Assembly (NCBI RefSeq): GCF_044704955.1
Contig: NC_091999.1
Location: 61,442,001 to 61,506,000 of the forward strand
Length of the DNA stretch: 64,000 nucleotides
DNA from: Pristiophorus japonicus
Lineage: Eukaryota
Reading direction: 5' to 3'
How positions within the stretch are numbered: position 1 is the stretch's first letter; each line of letters begins with the position of its first letter. Both the position numbers and the translations under genes were made by a program. Below the pieces are notes generated by a model. The model worked only from the letters and a program-made list of their open reading frames with translations, ran no database searches and was not told where the DNA came from. Of this stretch, positions 1 to 11,640 are shown piece by piece.

Positions 1-377
1 TGCACCCAAATGCATCCCCACTGGTTATAATTGCTGAAGCCCGAATATCCCCAAGTTCAAGAGGTCTACACCAGCATTATACTGGTTCAAAACCAGTGTC
101 AAATTAATTTCAGGATTTATGGGACAACAGGAAACAAAGTTAAGTTTCTAGTCTTTTGCTGCTATTTTTGTTGCGATGAAAATGTGCAGGAACCAGTCAC
201 ATCCCCCGTCAGAGGAGAAGTGCAAGGTCCGGAGAATGGAGTTGCAAGGAATCTTTTGTGGTGGGGCATCATTTGTAATGATGTGAGGTAGTTTGTTAAT
301 ATCTGTAATTACTGAACATTTATCATGTCTGGTGAGAGAGATTCCGAAAGCACTATTACCTCAGGGCATTAATAGCA

Positions 378-890
378 ACATAGGAACAGGAGAAGGCCAT
401 TCAGCCCATCCATCCTGTCCCGCCATCCAGTTAGATCATGGCTGATCAACACACAAAACCATCTTCACGCCTTGGTTATGTAACCCATGATAAACTTGCC
501 GAACAAAACTCTATCTATTTCAGTTTTCAACTTTTCAATTGAAAGCGAGTGTCAGCAGCTTTTGGGGAGGGAAATCCCGACTTGCACTATTCTTCCAGTG
601 AGAAAATCCTTTCTAACATCACCTCGGCACGGCCTAGCTCTAATGTTAAGGTTCTGCTATTTGTTCTGGACTCTCCCATCAAACTAAATAAATGTTTCTA
701 TATCTACTCGATCAATTCCATTTATCATCTTAAACACCTCAATTGGATCATCTCTTAACTTTCTATACACGCCACCTGATCATTTTACATTATTAGCCCC
801 GGTATAATTAGGGTAAACCTGCAGTTTAGCACCTCCACGTGTATCCTTCCTGAGGTGCGGAGCCCAGAATTGGGCTCAGTACTCTGAATA
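378..890 (-). mobile_element. Degenerate CR1-type LINE 3' fragment
   Basis: cataggaacaggagaaggccattcagccc and gatcatggctgatc are the reverse complement of the CR1 3' tail seen at 53670-53763; paralog at ~55868-56380. Confidence 0.7.
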
Positions 891-1069
891 AGTAGATGCC
901 CATTCTTGCAGTGGGTTCCTGGACAGTTAGCAGTAAAGGATTCGAGACTCCTATTGCCATTCCGTATATGATTAGCCAACTCGGGGTATACCTGAGACTA
1001 AGGACACTTCACTCACTGCCTGACACCAGAGCAAGGGGAAAGCTTTTTTGGCGAGGTTAATAAACCCTG

Positions 1070-1505
1070 AGCAATGAGGAATCCTGAACCAAAAGATCGT
1101 GGGTTGAAGTCCCACTCCAGATATTTGATCACAATATGTAAGCTGAGTCTCTCAGTGCAGTACTGGGGGCGTGGTGCATTGTCGGAGGTGCCGTCTGTCG
1201 GATCATGTGTTAAACCAAGAATCCGTCTAGTCTCTCAGGTGGAGGTAAAAGTTCCCCTGGAATTATTTCAATGAAAAGCAGAGGAGTTCTCCCTGGTGGC
1301 CTGGGAATATTAATCCCTCAAGAAATAACACTAAACAAAAAAAATGGTCATTATCACACTGCTGTTTGTGGGAGCTTGCTGTGCACTAAATGACTGCCGC
1401 ACTTAGTACATTACAACTGTGACCACATTTCACAACTTAATTCATTGCCTGGCAAGCGCTTTGGTTCAGTCTGTGGTCGCTGAAGGCGCTGTATAAAGGC
1501 AAAAT
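1070..1505 (+). mobile_element. tRNA-derived SINE (shark DeuSINE-like), degenerate
   Basis: B-box-like gggttgaagtccc, central tgtgggagcttgctgtgc and 3' gaaggcgctgtataaa tail; paralog at ~56562-56997. Confidence 0.55.
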
Positions 1506-1639
1506 TGTATTGCAAGAATACACAAACTGCATGATTGGCAATTAGGAATATTCCTCTGCTTTCTACTAATTTCAATAAACGTCCTGACTGAGATCAGCGC
1601 TCAGAATGGTCTGGAACCTCCCGGGATTGTGCCTCTTAC

Positions 1640-1957
1640 CCTGAGATCTGCTGAAGTTACGGCTTTGTGTGCCCCCTTCATGAGTGACCTGGCAGGTGTA
1701 GACCGAGCCGGTGAACCATTCCCTGGCGGGGAGTGTCAGCCGACTGGCCGTCAAAACGTTTCCGTTCATCTCAAAGGCGGGAGAGGTGATAAAGCCCGTA
1801 TCCAGGAGTTGTCCACTCTTCAGCCAATTCACGGTCAGTGACTTTGGCCTTAATTCGATGATTGAACACATGGCGCTTACATATCTGCTGCAGATGATTT
1901 GTTCAGTGGAACTTAGCAAGTGGAGAACAATTGGAGGAACGATGATCCGTTCAGGAC
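1640..1957 (-). pseudogene. IGHM: IgM heavy chain Cmu2 exon, cluster copy 1
   Basis: Ig C1-set domain: MCSIIELRPKSLTVNWLKSG...SRLTLPAREWF...YTCQVTHEG; GTAAG donor at 1639; reading frame open, but the neighbouring Cmu1 carries a stop. Confidence 0.88.
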
Positions 1958-2096
1958 CTTCACGAGAAGGCATTTTATTGACATTGCTTGCAAAATAAGT
2001 GATTAAGAAAGGCAAAGTGTCCTTATATTTTAACAAGTTCTTTGCTGTCAGATTCACACTAACCTGGCATTTGCAGAGAGCAAAATTGTGCGCAGT

Positions 2097-2530
2097 ATAC
2101 TCAGTGTAATATGCAGACCAGAACTGTGCATAATATTCTAAGTGCGATATGGGGATCAGAACCATGCACCGTATTCTAAGTGTGATATGGAGACCAGAGC
2201 CGTGCATACTATTCTAAGTATGATACGGAGACCAGAACTTTACACCGTATTTTAAGTATGAGATGGAAACCAGAACATTAAACAATATTCTAAGTGTGAT
2301 ATGGAGAACAGAACTTTGTCCAGTATTCTAACTGTGATATGGAGACCGGAACTGTGCATAATATTCGAACTATGATATGGAGACCAGAACATTACACAGT
2401 ATTCTAAGTATGAGATGGAAACCAGAATTGTAAACAATATTCTAAATGTGATAAGGAAACTAGAACTGTGCACAGTAATCTAAGTATTATATGGAGACCA
2501 GAACTATGCACAGTACTCTAAGTGTTGTCT
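2097..2530. repeat. 38-bp degenerate minisatellite (~11 units) in the Cmu1-Cmu2 intron
   Basis: Unit ~tattctaagtgtgatatggagaccagaactgtgcacag. Confidence 0.9.
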
Positions 2531-2603
2531 AACCAAGTTTCTATACAAGTTGAACATAACTTCTCACCTTATCACAGTTTGCCCTGTATCCCACATCATT
2601 AAC

Positions 2604-2903
2604 CTGACATTGTGATGTTCCACATCGACCCACCACGTCGAACCTCGCAGCAGATTGTGCTGCTCCCCACCTCGGACTCTGTGATGGTTAACTGGCTGCT
2701 CAGGGTGTAGGTTCCCTTCTTTTTGAGCAATGACGGGTATGTCTTCAATCCAGTGGTGATCGGCTCTTTATCTTCCTCCCAGAAAAGGCTGATGATGTCA
2801 GGGGAGTAGTACATCACTAAACAGCCCTACGTGATGGAGCCATCGGTGCTGGGTTGTTCACAGGAGGAGAGCAGGGCGCAGAGGTTGGGGGGAGACGGTG
2901 TTA
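2604..2903 (-). pseudogene. IGHM: IgM heavy chain Cmu1 exon, copy 1, with in-frame TAG
   Basis: [34 protein letters not shown]...[27 protein letters not shown]; acceptor ttcccag, donor GTTAAT; 300 nt; TAG at 2827-2829. Confidence 0.9.
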
Positions 2904-3699
2904 CTGGGAAGGAATGGCCCATTGAACAAGTTAGACTCTGTAATCCGTGCTTATAAAAGAAATAAATAAATCGAAATTTGACTGCAGAATAAACTAATTC
3001 CACCGTTTCTCCATCAAAGAATACACAGGCATTTGAGCTTCTGTCAGTTCTATCGTAAGCACCTGTCAATGCGCTGGTCAGGAACGCACCTCTCTATTAC
3101 CGAGCTCTATCAAATTATAAACAAGAACCTTTACACAACTCGCCTATAAAGAAGCGTTCAGTTGATCATACAATAGCAGAACAGAGACGTGTTCCTGTTA
3201 TTTCGGCCAGCATTTATTTCTCAATCAGCACCATTTCTTGTCCTTTATTTAATTGCAGTTTGCGAAATTTGCTCTGTGCACATTGCCTGCGGTGTATCCC
3301 TACAAAACAACAGTGACTGCACTTCAAAGTAACGGCGGAATTCCTGCTTAGGACGTTAGCAAAAAACCCTCCAAACTTGCCAACCACATAATTCAACAGG
3401 CAGCATTTCCATAGTCTAGTTTCTAAGATGGAAGTTGCTGATGAACCGCGATTGAATCGAATTTCTCCCTTATTTTCTCAGCATTTGAGGGAGAGCGATG
3501 TCCTTCAGCGCACTGTGATCTGAGCTCTATTCCATCCTATTGAATGCATGTCTCTTGAGTAGCCTGCTTCCTGCCACTCAATTAATAATCTGAATAAAAT
3601 ACCATTCCAAAATCCGGTAAATTGGAAGTTACTGCTTAAATGTTAAATTCCCATTGTTGTTCTTGTTATATAACAATGACATGGACTTGGTTACAAGGA

Positions 3700-4530
3700 A
3701 TACAATTTCGAAGTTCAAAATGATGCAAAACCTGGTATGAGGAGGCAGATGGACCAGTGAAATTGACCAGGACATGGCAATTTCAATTAAATGCGAATCA
3801 TTGAGAAGCGATGCTCATTGGGTGGAAGTTGGAGAGGCAATCTAAATAGTATTATTTTGAGGGGATGCACGAATAGTGAGATCTGGATGTACATATTGAC
3901 AAATCTTTGAAGGGGGCAGGGCAAACTGGTAAGGCTGTTAGGAAAGCGTATGGGATACTTGACTTTGTAAATGGGGCATTGACTACAAAAACAAGGCGGT
4001 TATGCTAAACTTACAGATCACGTGGTAGGCCTCAGCTCGACTATTGCATACAATTTTGTCACCACAATGTAAGAAGGATGTCAAGCCCTTCGGGAGTGTA
4101 GAGGGGAGGCTTTTACCTGGATGATGCCAGGGATGGGGTCTTCAGTTATGTGGAGAGATTGGAGAAGCTCGAATATTCTCCTTAGAGCAGAGGTTAAGAG
4201 GAGACCTAAGAGAGATATTCAACATTATGTCAGGTTTTGATATACCAAGTCGGGAGAAATTGTTCCGCTGGAAAGTAGGTGGGTGACCAAATGTAACAGG
4301 TTTAAAATAATTGTGAAAAGATCAGAAGGTGAAATTAAGATGATTTTTTTCACACAGAGGTTTGGTAATTTCAGGAATGCACAAGGCAGTATCTCCTGTA
4401 CGTCAGGTGGACTCATTTGCGCGTTTACAATGAAAACTCTGGGGAGTTGGACTAAATAGGACAGCTCTTTCAGAGCCGGCACAAGCACGATGCCTGAATG
4501 GCCTCTTCTAATGCTGTGAGATGCTATCAG
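3700..4530 (+). mobile_element. Old CR1/L2-type LINE RT and 3' fragment
   Basis: ggcctcagctcgactattgcatacaattttgtcacc is a degenerate RPHLEYCVQFWSP motif, followed by ttaagaggagacctaa and a gaatggcctcttc tail; paralog at ~59040-59900. Confidence 0.7.
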
Positions 4531-5239
4531 TCTACACGAGTGAGAGGGAACAGTTCTTCTAGATTTCATGGAAGGAAACACTTCATATTTTGGACACCTC
4601 TACCAGATCTATTTTTATTGTTCGTTATAATGAAAGAGGATATTTAAAGTAAAAGGATCTTATAAATCTGACGCAAATTAGTCAATCGCATGCTGTTAGA
4701 AAGGCTTAAATTCATTGCGAATCATGACTTATTGCAGGTTGACTCTCTCTCTTTAAATGTTTCACAGAATTGCACCTCAGTGACTGTGTGCCTTGTGTTG
4801 TGACCCAGGCCAATAGCTGCATCTCGTCACAGTTTGTCCCTGCCTTTAACCTTCTCAGGAAGAATTGGACAACATAATTTTTCTAAACATGAGGTCCCCA
4901 TGACGGTTATTTGAAGTGGGAGTCTCGATATTCTCTATTTTAATTGTGGAAATTACTTGTAACCTCCCATCAGATCAGAACAGGCGCTGCTTTCTGGAGC
5001 GTTATTCACTTCCTGAAACTGTTTGTTCTGAAAGTGAGCTGAGGATCAGGCCAATCATGTTCATTAGTAATCTGATGCTCAAAATGTTCAAACATTAATA
5101 ACTCATTAAAAATTGGGCATTTTTTCAGAAAGAATATAAACATCAAAGAATGTGCGCTGTTTAATCTGTGCAATGGGACGAATTATTGTATATATCTGGC
5201 ACGAGCAGTTTATCTGATATCTGTTAGACGCATATAACA

Positions 5240-5765
5240 GTGCCTAGAACTCTGCCTGACCAAGCACTCTCAGGTCAGATACAGCACGGATAAGAGAGCA
5301 AAGCTCCCGCTATGCTGCAATGTGGGTCAGGAAAGGTATAGCAAGTTTTGCACACAGAGTAACATGTTATCTATGCTATCCCGTCAAACATTCCCAGCTC
5401 AAGTACTGCAGAGATGTGCTACGAAATGTCTCCCCATAAAATGCGTTATCAAATTGACCGATTAATTAAGCACAATTATGACGAGTACAATGGAAAGCTT
5501 CCAATACACTGTCCCATTAAAGCGCACCACCCCTCCAAAGCTCTGATTAAATAGAAGATCATTCTATATTGAAGGACCCAATTAAGTTCCACGTCCTTGT
5601 AAAGAAAAGGTTAAAGACTGATTAAAGCTATCTCTGCAATGTCCCATCAAGCATTGCCAGATAAGATAACGTACGGGTTAGTTCCAGATTAAAACTGTCA
5701 TGTCAAACACTGTCAGGGCAGGTACAACCGGGTTAAAAACTGATTAAAACTCCTTCGACTGTCTC
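5240..5765. repeat. Highly degenerate tandem repeat (acactcccagg...tacagcacggg...taaagctc...ctgtcccatcaa type)
   Basis: Recurring ctgtcccatcaa/cccattaaa, aaagctc and ggtacagc motifs; paralog at ~60530-61045. Confidence 0.45.
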
Positions 5766-8700
5766 CCCGTGGTGTTTCGGAACTGCTCCTTCTGACTGTC
5801 ACAATCTGGGTTATGATTTCATTTCTACGGCGACTCCTCAACCTTAAAGTCAATCTTTCATGTTTCTCACATATACAAGTTTCTTAAATAACTGAATTAA
5901 ATGACACTCCCCGCAATACATGATCACAACCCAGAAGGTTTACAACCCGTCAGGAGGACTCCTGATTCTCACACAGTGAGCAGGCGCACAGAAACAGAAC
6001 AGACACAAACGGTGCAACAAGGGTGCTCCAGGCAGAGAGAGACCAGTTCAATCTGTTAATTTCAATGAAGCTGTTTGATTTCTAGTTTATTTCTTGTCAA
6101 TTTCCAACCACCTCAACGCTGCAGATTCTTCGAAATTTATCTGATATTAATTTGAGAGACTCTTCAACATCCAGCCATTTTCCATCACTGTCAGCTATCT
6201 TGTAAACCGTGTACAAATTAACTTCCCTGAAAGCAAGTATCTGGAAATAATTCACATTCCACGGGAATTTGCTGCCTGTCACACGGGACTCGGTGACAGA
6301 GTACGAATGTCACAATCCAGGAGACATATACAGTGATACCTAATCACCCACTGATTTTATATATTTTCATCAGTAAATATAACCTGTAAAATCATCGCGG
6401 AAAAACAGGAAATTAATTCACTAAAATCTGCAGCGACACCTTGTCGAACTCAGCACAGCCGAGTTATCAATGCATTGTTTTCTAAATTAATTTATGAATG
6501 AATTAAACATTATCTCCAACCCTTGAAATTTTGCAATAATTGTAATACTGACCAGTATGCAACACAATTGTAAGGGCTCGCTTATGTATTAATGAATTAG
6601 CACTGATGTTACATTCTAATTTAATGTTCATGTTAGCTGAATATTGAAAATAATCTGAGTGCCAGTCTGGCCCTTCCTCCTCAGAAGCATACGTACCTGG
6701 AACTTTTGAAATTAAATTAATGTGCTTGAATTTCAGCCCTACAAATACAATAAATTATTAATAATTTTAAAACCTTTTTCTGCCTGATAACTTGTGATAT
6801 ATTATGGTTTACTTAACTTACCATAACAATTCATCAATATTAAAATATTAAGCAGCATATTAATACATAACTACTCAGACAAATACCTTATTTTTACTGA
6901 AATGGAATCAAATTTGAATAATTGACAATAATCACGCAGTTCTACTAATGTCCCGCTCTCGACCGACACCTTTTTAAACTCTGCATGTTTCTAATGTAGC
7001 ATAAACTGCATCTATTCACAGAGAACAGTTCACATGATGGATTTGGGGGTGGACTAATTTAAATAGTTCTCTGTCCAGCCGGGGTCACAACTCCGATGGG
7101 CTATAAACCGCTTGTTTAATAATGCTGGAATCTCGAGCTGAAATATTCTCCTCAATCTTAAACCCCAAAAATGTAAATCTCCTCTGTCTTCCTTCTTTTT
7201 GTCTCAGCTTCCTGTGTTACTCCCTTGCTCCTGATGTGTCACTAGTTATTCTCAGGATTGTGTCTAGCAATCTTATTTACAACGCTTTAGTCTTGTGGCT
7301 AATTTTTTCTGGCAGGTATAGGGCTGATTAACTTATGCTCACAGGTAACATTTCATGCTGCACATTGTCAAATAACAATATTACTTTTGTCCCAAGTTTA
7401 ACTACCACGCAATTTCCCAAGGTTAATTCCCCTGGTTTACAATATTCAGGTAACATTTTTTACACATTTATCTTGTGGCTTCAAGACAAATGCTCCTGAC
7501 ACTTAGATGCCGCCCCCTAGAGGCTGCTTTACGTAGTTGCTGTACCATCCGCTGTGGTTAAATGCTTCTGGGCCCCCTCGGGGCGGACTTGTAGCTTGTC
7601 CTTGTAGAATCGGAAGGACGGTGATGATCACGTTTATATTCTGTTGACAAATCACATCCTGGATATTCCAGGTTTTAGTTAGAGTCTTACCATTTCTATT
7701 TCAAACGGATTTTCCTTTCACTAGCCACTATATTGGTTCTGCAATTGCTGTGGTTAGGCACAAAATTCCTACAATAGCTAACGAACCCCAGTTCCTTACA
7801 CACCCCTCAGACTGGTTTTGGTCGGGGCATAATCCTAATGTCCTTCTTCCTGCCATTGGACATGGTCCGAGTTCCTTGGGATATTTCGTGTCCCAGGTAC
7901 TGTACTACAGGTTGTCCGATTTGTGCCTTTTTGGGATTTACTTTAAATCCTGCTTTCCGTTATCTCAAATGTATTTTTCATAACTAGAACAGAGTCTAGC
8001 ACGGAGGCTTTGATAGCTGCTTTCCGTTATTCACATGTTCCAGTTTCAAAGCCTTTACGTCTCACTTTCTGTGGTTCTTCAACCACTGTATCTTAAGTCA
8101 CAAGTTCAATTTTTATTTTCCTTTGTTCTTAACTGCTAAAGCCTGCCGTTTTAACATTTATTTTTTTTTTAAATTCATTTTACGCTTTCGCAGATAGCTC
8201 CCCACTTGCCCAGGAGTTTGACCTGATCCCTGAAGGTATTTCTACATTGTTTCCAAACATTATAGTTTTATTTATTTTTTGTAAGAGAGCAGATTTAACT
8301 TTTTATTTTAAATGTATCTCATTGTGTTGTGTATTTTCTTCAACAGTGGTACTTGAAATCGTCACAACAAAATTAACTCTTCACTGCTACCATCCTAATT
8401 TCTGCTCCACTTTTGTAGTATTTGTATTTATTGTTGGATTATGAAATGTCAAATATGGTAATACTGTTTTTTAATCGGATTTATCATTTATGCTTATAGT
8501 GATTCACAGATCACAGAATGCAAAGTATTGTTTTGTAATTATGTACCGAACTTCTGTTTTAGAAGCTGAACATCAAAAACTCTAATCTTTTGCGCTGTAA
8601 CTTCAATTTTGTGATACAGTATCTCATAAATTTAATCTTTTTAAGCTTCAGCTTCTGAGGCAATATGTTAACTTTTATTAAAAGTCTTCCAAACCCAAGA

Positions 8701-10194
8701 TTTTCTAATCCAACCAAAATGTTTATCAAGGAGAATCACCAGAAATATCTCAAAATCCCAATTCAAATATCGTACTGCCAATCTTTTATTTAAAAATCAT
8801 ATTACTGAGCTCGAAGCTTTCGCATCAAGATTTTACACAAAGAAATATGGGGGCGTATTTCCCAAGCCCGCAGCCTTGAGACACCCACGTAGGATTCTTT
8901 TTTTAAGGCATTACAATTTCCCTTCTCCGTTCTTTATCTCATTTCTAGACTAAATGTATTGTCTTTCAAACAAATGTAATCAATGATTACATGTTTTCTT
9001 TTGACAAGCGAGCGTGTCGAAATTTTTTTTTAAAAACCATCGGGACTACACATTTTTTATCTTTTGCTCAACAAACCTATCCTTTGTGCATTTCCTAGCT
9101 CCATAACATATCATCTGAATAAATCCACACCTGGGTTTCTAAATTAAAATGTAATTCAATTCTAGGTTCACACTTTCTTAAAACTTCCCTCATACAGGAC
9201 AACACTGCAAAGGGTTAAAACAAATTCACTCTGTCTGAAAAAGTAGGTGGGGCCATAACAACAGACAGCTCCATCACTTTCTGGAGCAGGCTTTCAGACA
9301 CCTGAAAAATTCATTAATTCCCACCTCAAATATTCCGCATTCAAAAATCACACAAGCACTTTCATTCAAAGACAGACATTCACAAAAATCTCTCTTCATT
9401 CAACAAAGCTTATTGTTTGGCCGGCTCTATTTTTGTATCCATACTTCACTGAATATAGTCACTAACAGTTTTTGTTATGGACTTCCGAAAAATATCTACT
9501 AAGCTAGTCTTCTGGCCCCCAATCAATACTTTATTTTCCTCAGGTCCTAATCATAACCCTTTTAGTGTGAGATACAAATTTGGGCCAAATTCCTCTGTCC
9601 ATTCCCTTCTGTCATCTATATCTATTTTTATACTTATATCCTGTTGTCTTTTGTCACTTTCTCTGTCCATCTCACCTTCGGGTATCTTTCTATTCATCTT
9701 TCCGGATGTTAAAATTATCTTTTTCCCTTCATCATATCCTGCCTTAACCATCTTCATGACCTTTTCAGATGTATCTCTCAGAAACTCTTCTGGTAGTTTA
9801 TACCTCAGCCCTCCAAGGGCCTTGGCAGATTCCTTTGCCATTTCATACATTGGGGCTTTTTCTCCAGTTCCTGTTTTACCATCTTTACTTAAGCAGAACT
9901 TTTAAAACCAAGGCTTTTTACCTAGTGCTGTTTTTCCGCCTTTACTTATGCGGAACTATTTACACTGAGGCTTTTTCCCTGATATCCCGTATACGTGCTT
10001 ATTGTACCGACACTTACAGTACTTATTTACATTGTCCTGACGCACCCTTCAACTGGATTTACTGGCTGCATGGACTCTACCTCAGATTCGTTGGATCTCT
10101 GGTTACTGTGCGAGGAGAATTTCTCAAGGTAATTCTCTACTCACTCATTATTCGGTTGGTTTGGCTTTTTGTGTCTAATCTGCCCGTCCAGTAG

Positions 10195-10212
10195 ATCCTG
10201 CTGACTGCGCCA
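10195..10212 (-). promoter_or_regulatory. Primer-binding site, tRNA-Ser-like
   Basis: Minus strand TGGCGCAGTCAGCAGGAT, close to the complement of the vertebrate tRNA-Ser 3' end (TGGCGTAGTCGGCAGGAT); 3 nt from the LTR end. Confidence 0.75.
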
Positions 10213-10215
10213 CGT

Positions 10216-10689
10216 TGTTAGAGTTAACTTCAAACCACCACTCGGAGATACAAGCTGGCAGGTGAGCTACCCTTGAATGAATGCTCAGAGAAACTGCCAG
10301 AGACATCTTATTTTATACAGTTTCAGATTATCGTCTTACTTAATTACGCAAGTTACAATTAATATGTGCTGATTGATTAATACATGATTATCTGGTAGGT
10401 TGCTTCCTCCAATCTGGCCTCTATATACTTTAATTAGTAATTCAGGATACATGTTGTTATGATTCCTTTTATTTAACTTGTATCTTATTACAGAATTCAA
10501 ATTCTATGTTATCTGTGTCTGTGCCCAGCTCCCAAGGCCTTTGGTCTATGAATTGAAACATCTGACCCTCTGTGGAATGCATCCCACACATGCTTCCCAC
10601 ATTCTGAAAAACAGGCTGTGGGATCTATTTAAAAAATCTGTTAACTCCATTTTAAAACATCCCAATTATTATTATTAATTGTAATTACA
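10216..10689 (-). repeat. LTR of ERV-A
   Basis: Minus strand TGTAATTAC...TAACA termini, internal TATAAAA, PBS immediately downstream. Confidence 0.6.
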
Positions 10690-10694
10690 ATTTG

Positions 10695-11640
10695 TGATCT
10701 GCCCTTTCAGTCTATTATGGGGTATCTTATCGAAGGCCTTTCGAAATCTAGATAAATTACATCTACTACATTACGTTAATTTACGCAATCTGTTACTTAT
10801 TCGAAAAATTCAAAGAATTTGGTCAATTCAAGACTTTCCCTTTTCTTATCCATGCTGACTATTCATTTTTGGTTTCTAGTTGTTCTTCCACTTTCTCCTT
10901 TAGTCGGGAATCCATTATTATTCCTCCCAACGACATTAAGTTGACTGGACTATAGTTCCTCAGACACGTTCTACCTCCCTTCTTAAAAATAGGTATTACA
11001 TTAGGTATCTGCCAATCATCCGGCACTGCACTTTATTCTAACGAAGTATTAAATATGTTTATTAATGCCTCTGCTATCTCTTCCCTCGATGTAATTTGTC
11101 CGAAGCCGGCATTTTATCCATTTTCGGTTTGATTATTTTATATAATATTTTCCTCTTGTTATTTTAAATGCAGTTATTTCATTTCTAATATCATCCAATG
11201 TCATGTCCAGCTGTGTTGACTCCCTGATAAATACTGATTCAAAGTAATTGTTTAATATTTCTTCCTATCTCTGCCTGTGGACAACCTTCTGAGCCACGTA
11301 CCTTGGTATGTATTGTGGATGTCCTCCACGCAATCTTTATCCTTCTCGTTGGGCAGGAGCAGTATCTCATTCTCAGCCTCTCCTCAGTTCTCGCTACACG
11401 GCACCCAATCAGACACGGACTTTCCTGAACCTGCGTTTTTCTGTGGGATGTGACTGTTTTCTGGATTAAATTAATTATCCTGTGTGTTTCAGAGTGTGTC
11501 GAACTCGCATTCCAGCCCAATTACCCTGAGCCAGAGAGAATAAAGCAGAGACGTTTCCTGCAGATGTGGGAATGTGGGACAGATTTGATGTCCACAAACT
11601 CACACACATTAATGTCTCGACTCATTGCCTGCCCTGCCAT
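10695..11640 (-). mobile_element. Degenerate CR1-type LINE (RT remnant plus ORF1 start)
   Basis: Minus strand near 10720-10770 reads DVIYLDF/KAFDKIPH across a frameshift; ATGGCAGGGCAG...HICRK-like ORF1 start at 11640. Confidence 0.7.

Larger units (their letters stand above)
1..7173. repeat. Segmental duplication copy 1 (IgM C-region block), paralog of 55491-62451
   Basis: Colinear near-identity from tgcacccaa (1 vs 55491) to aaccccaaaaatg (7173 vs 62451); roughly mid-90s % by eye, with small indels. Confidence 0.97.
7174..10689 (-). mobile_element. ERV-A: truncated LTR retroelement (5' LTR, PBS, degenerate gag-like region), cut at the duplication boundary
   Basis: PBS adjacent to a TG...CA LTR; K/E-rich ORF remnant 9551-9850; no second LTR found. 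Confidence 0.65.

Noticed and set aside
1958-2207. N-terminal extension of the 211-aa ORF (also 57432-57681)
   Set aside because: Intronic minisatellite read-through; only the Ig domain part is exonic.
1640-2903. IgW or IgNAR assignment
   Set aside because: Four C exons with mu-like motifs and an MDTFNSCQ tail fit IgM better, although this was not confirmed by search.
4770-4830. Possible JH segment (aactgtg ... TATTGG ... CAAGGCAC ... GTCACTGAG GT on the minus strand; paralog ~60135-60200)
   Set aside because: No intact WGxG frame, imperfect heptamer, no nonamer, and closer to Cmu1 than expected; cannot be supported.
5972-6012. RSS-like cacagtg with a possible nonamer acacaaacg
   Set aside because: Spacer is 24 bp, no D or J coding segment is adjacent, and the paralog reads cccagtg.
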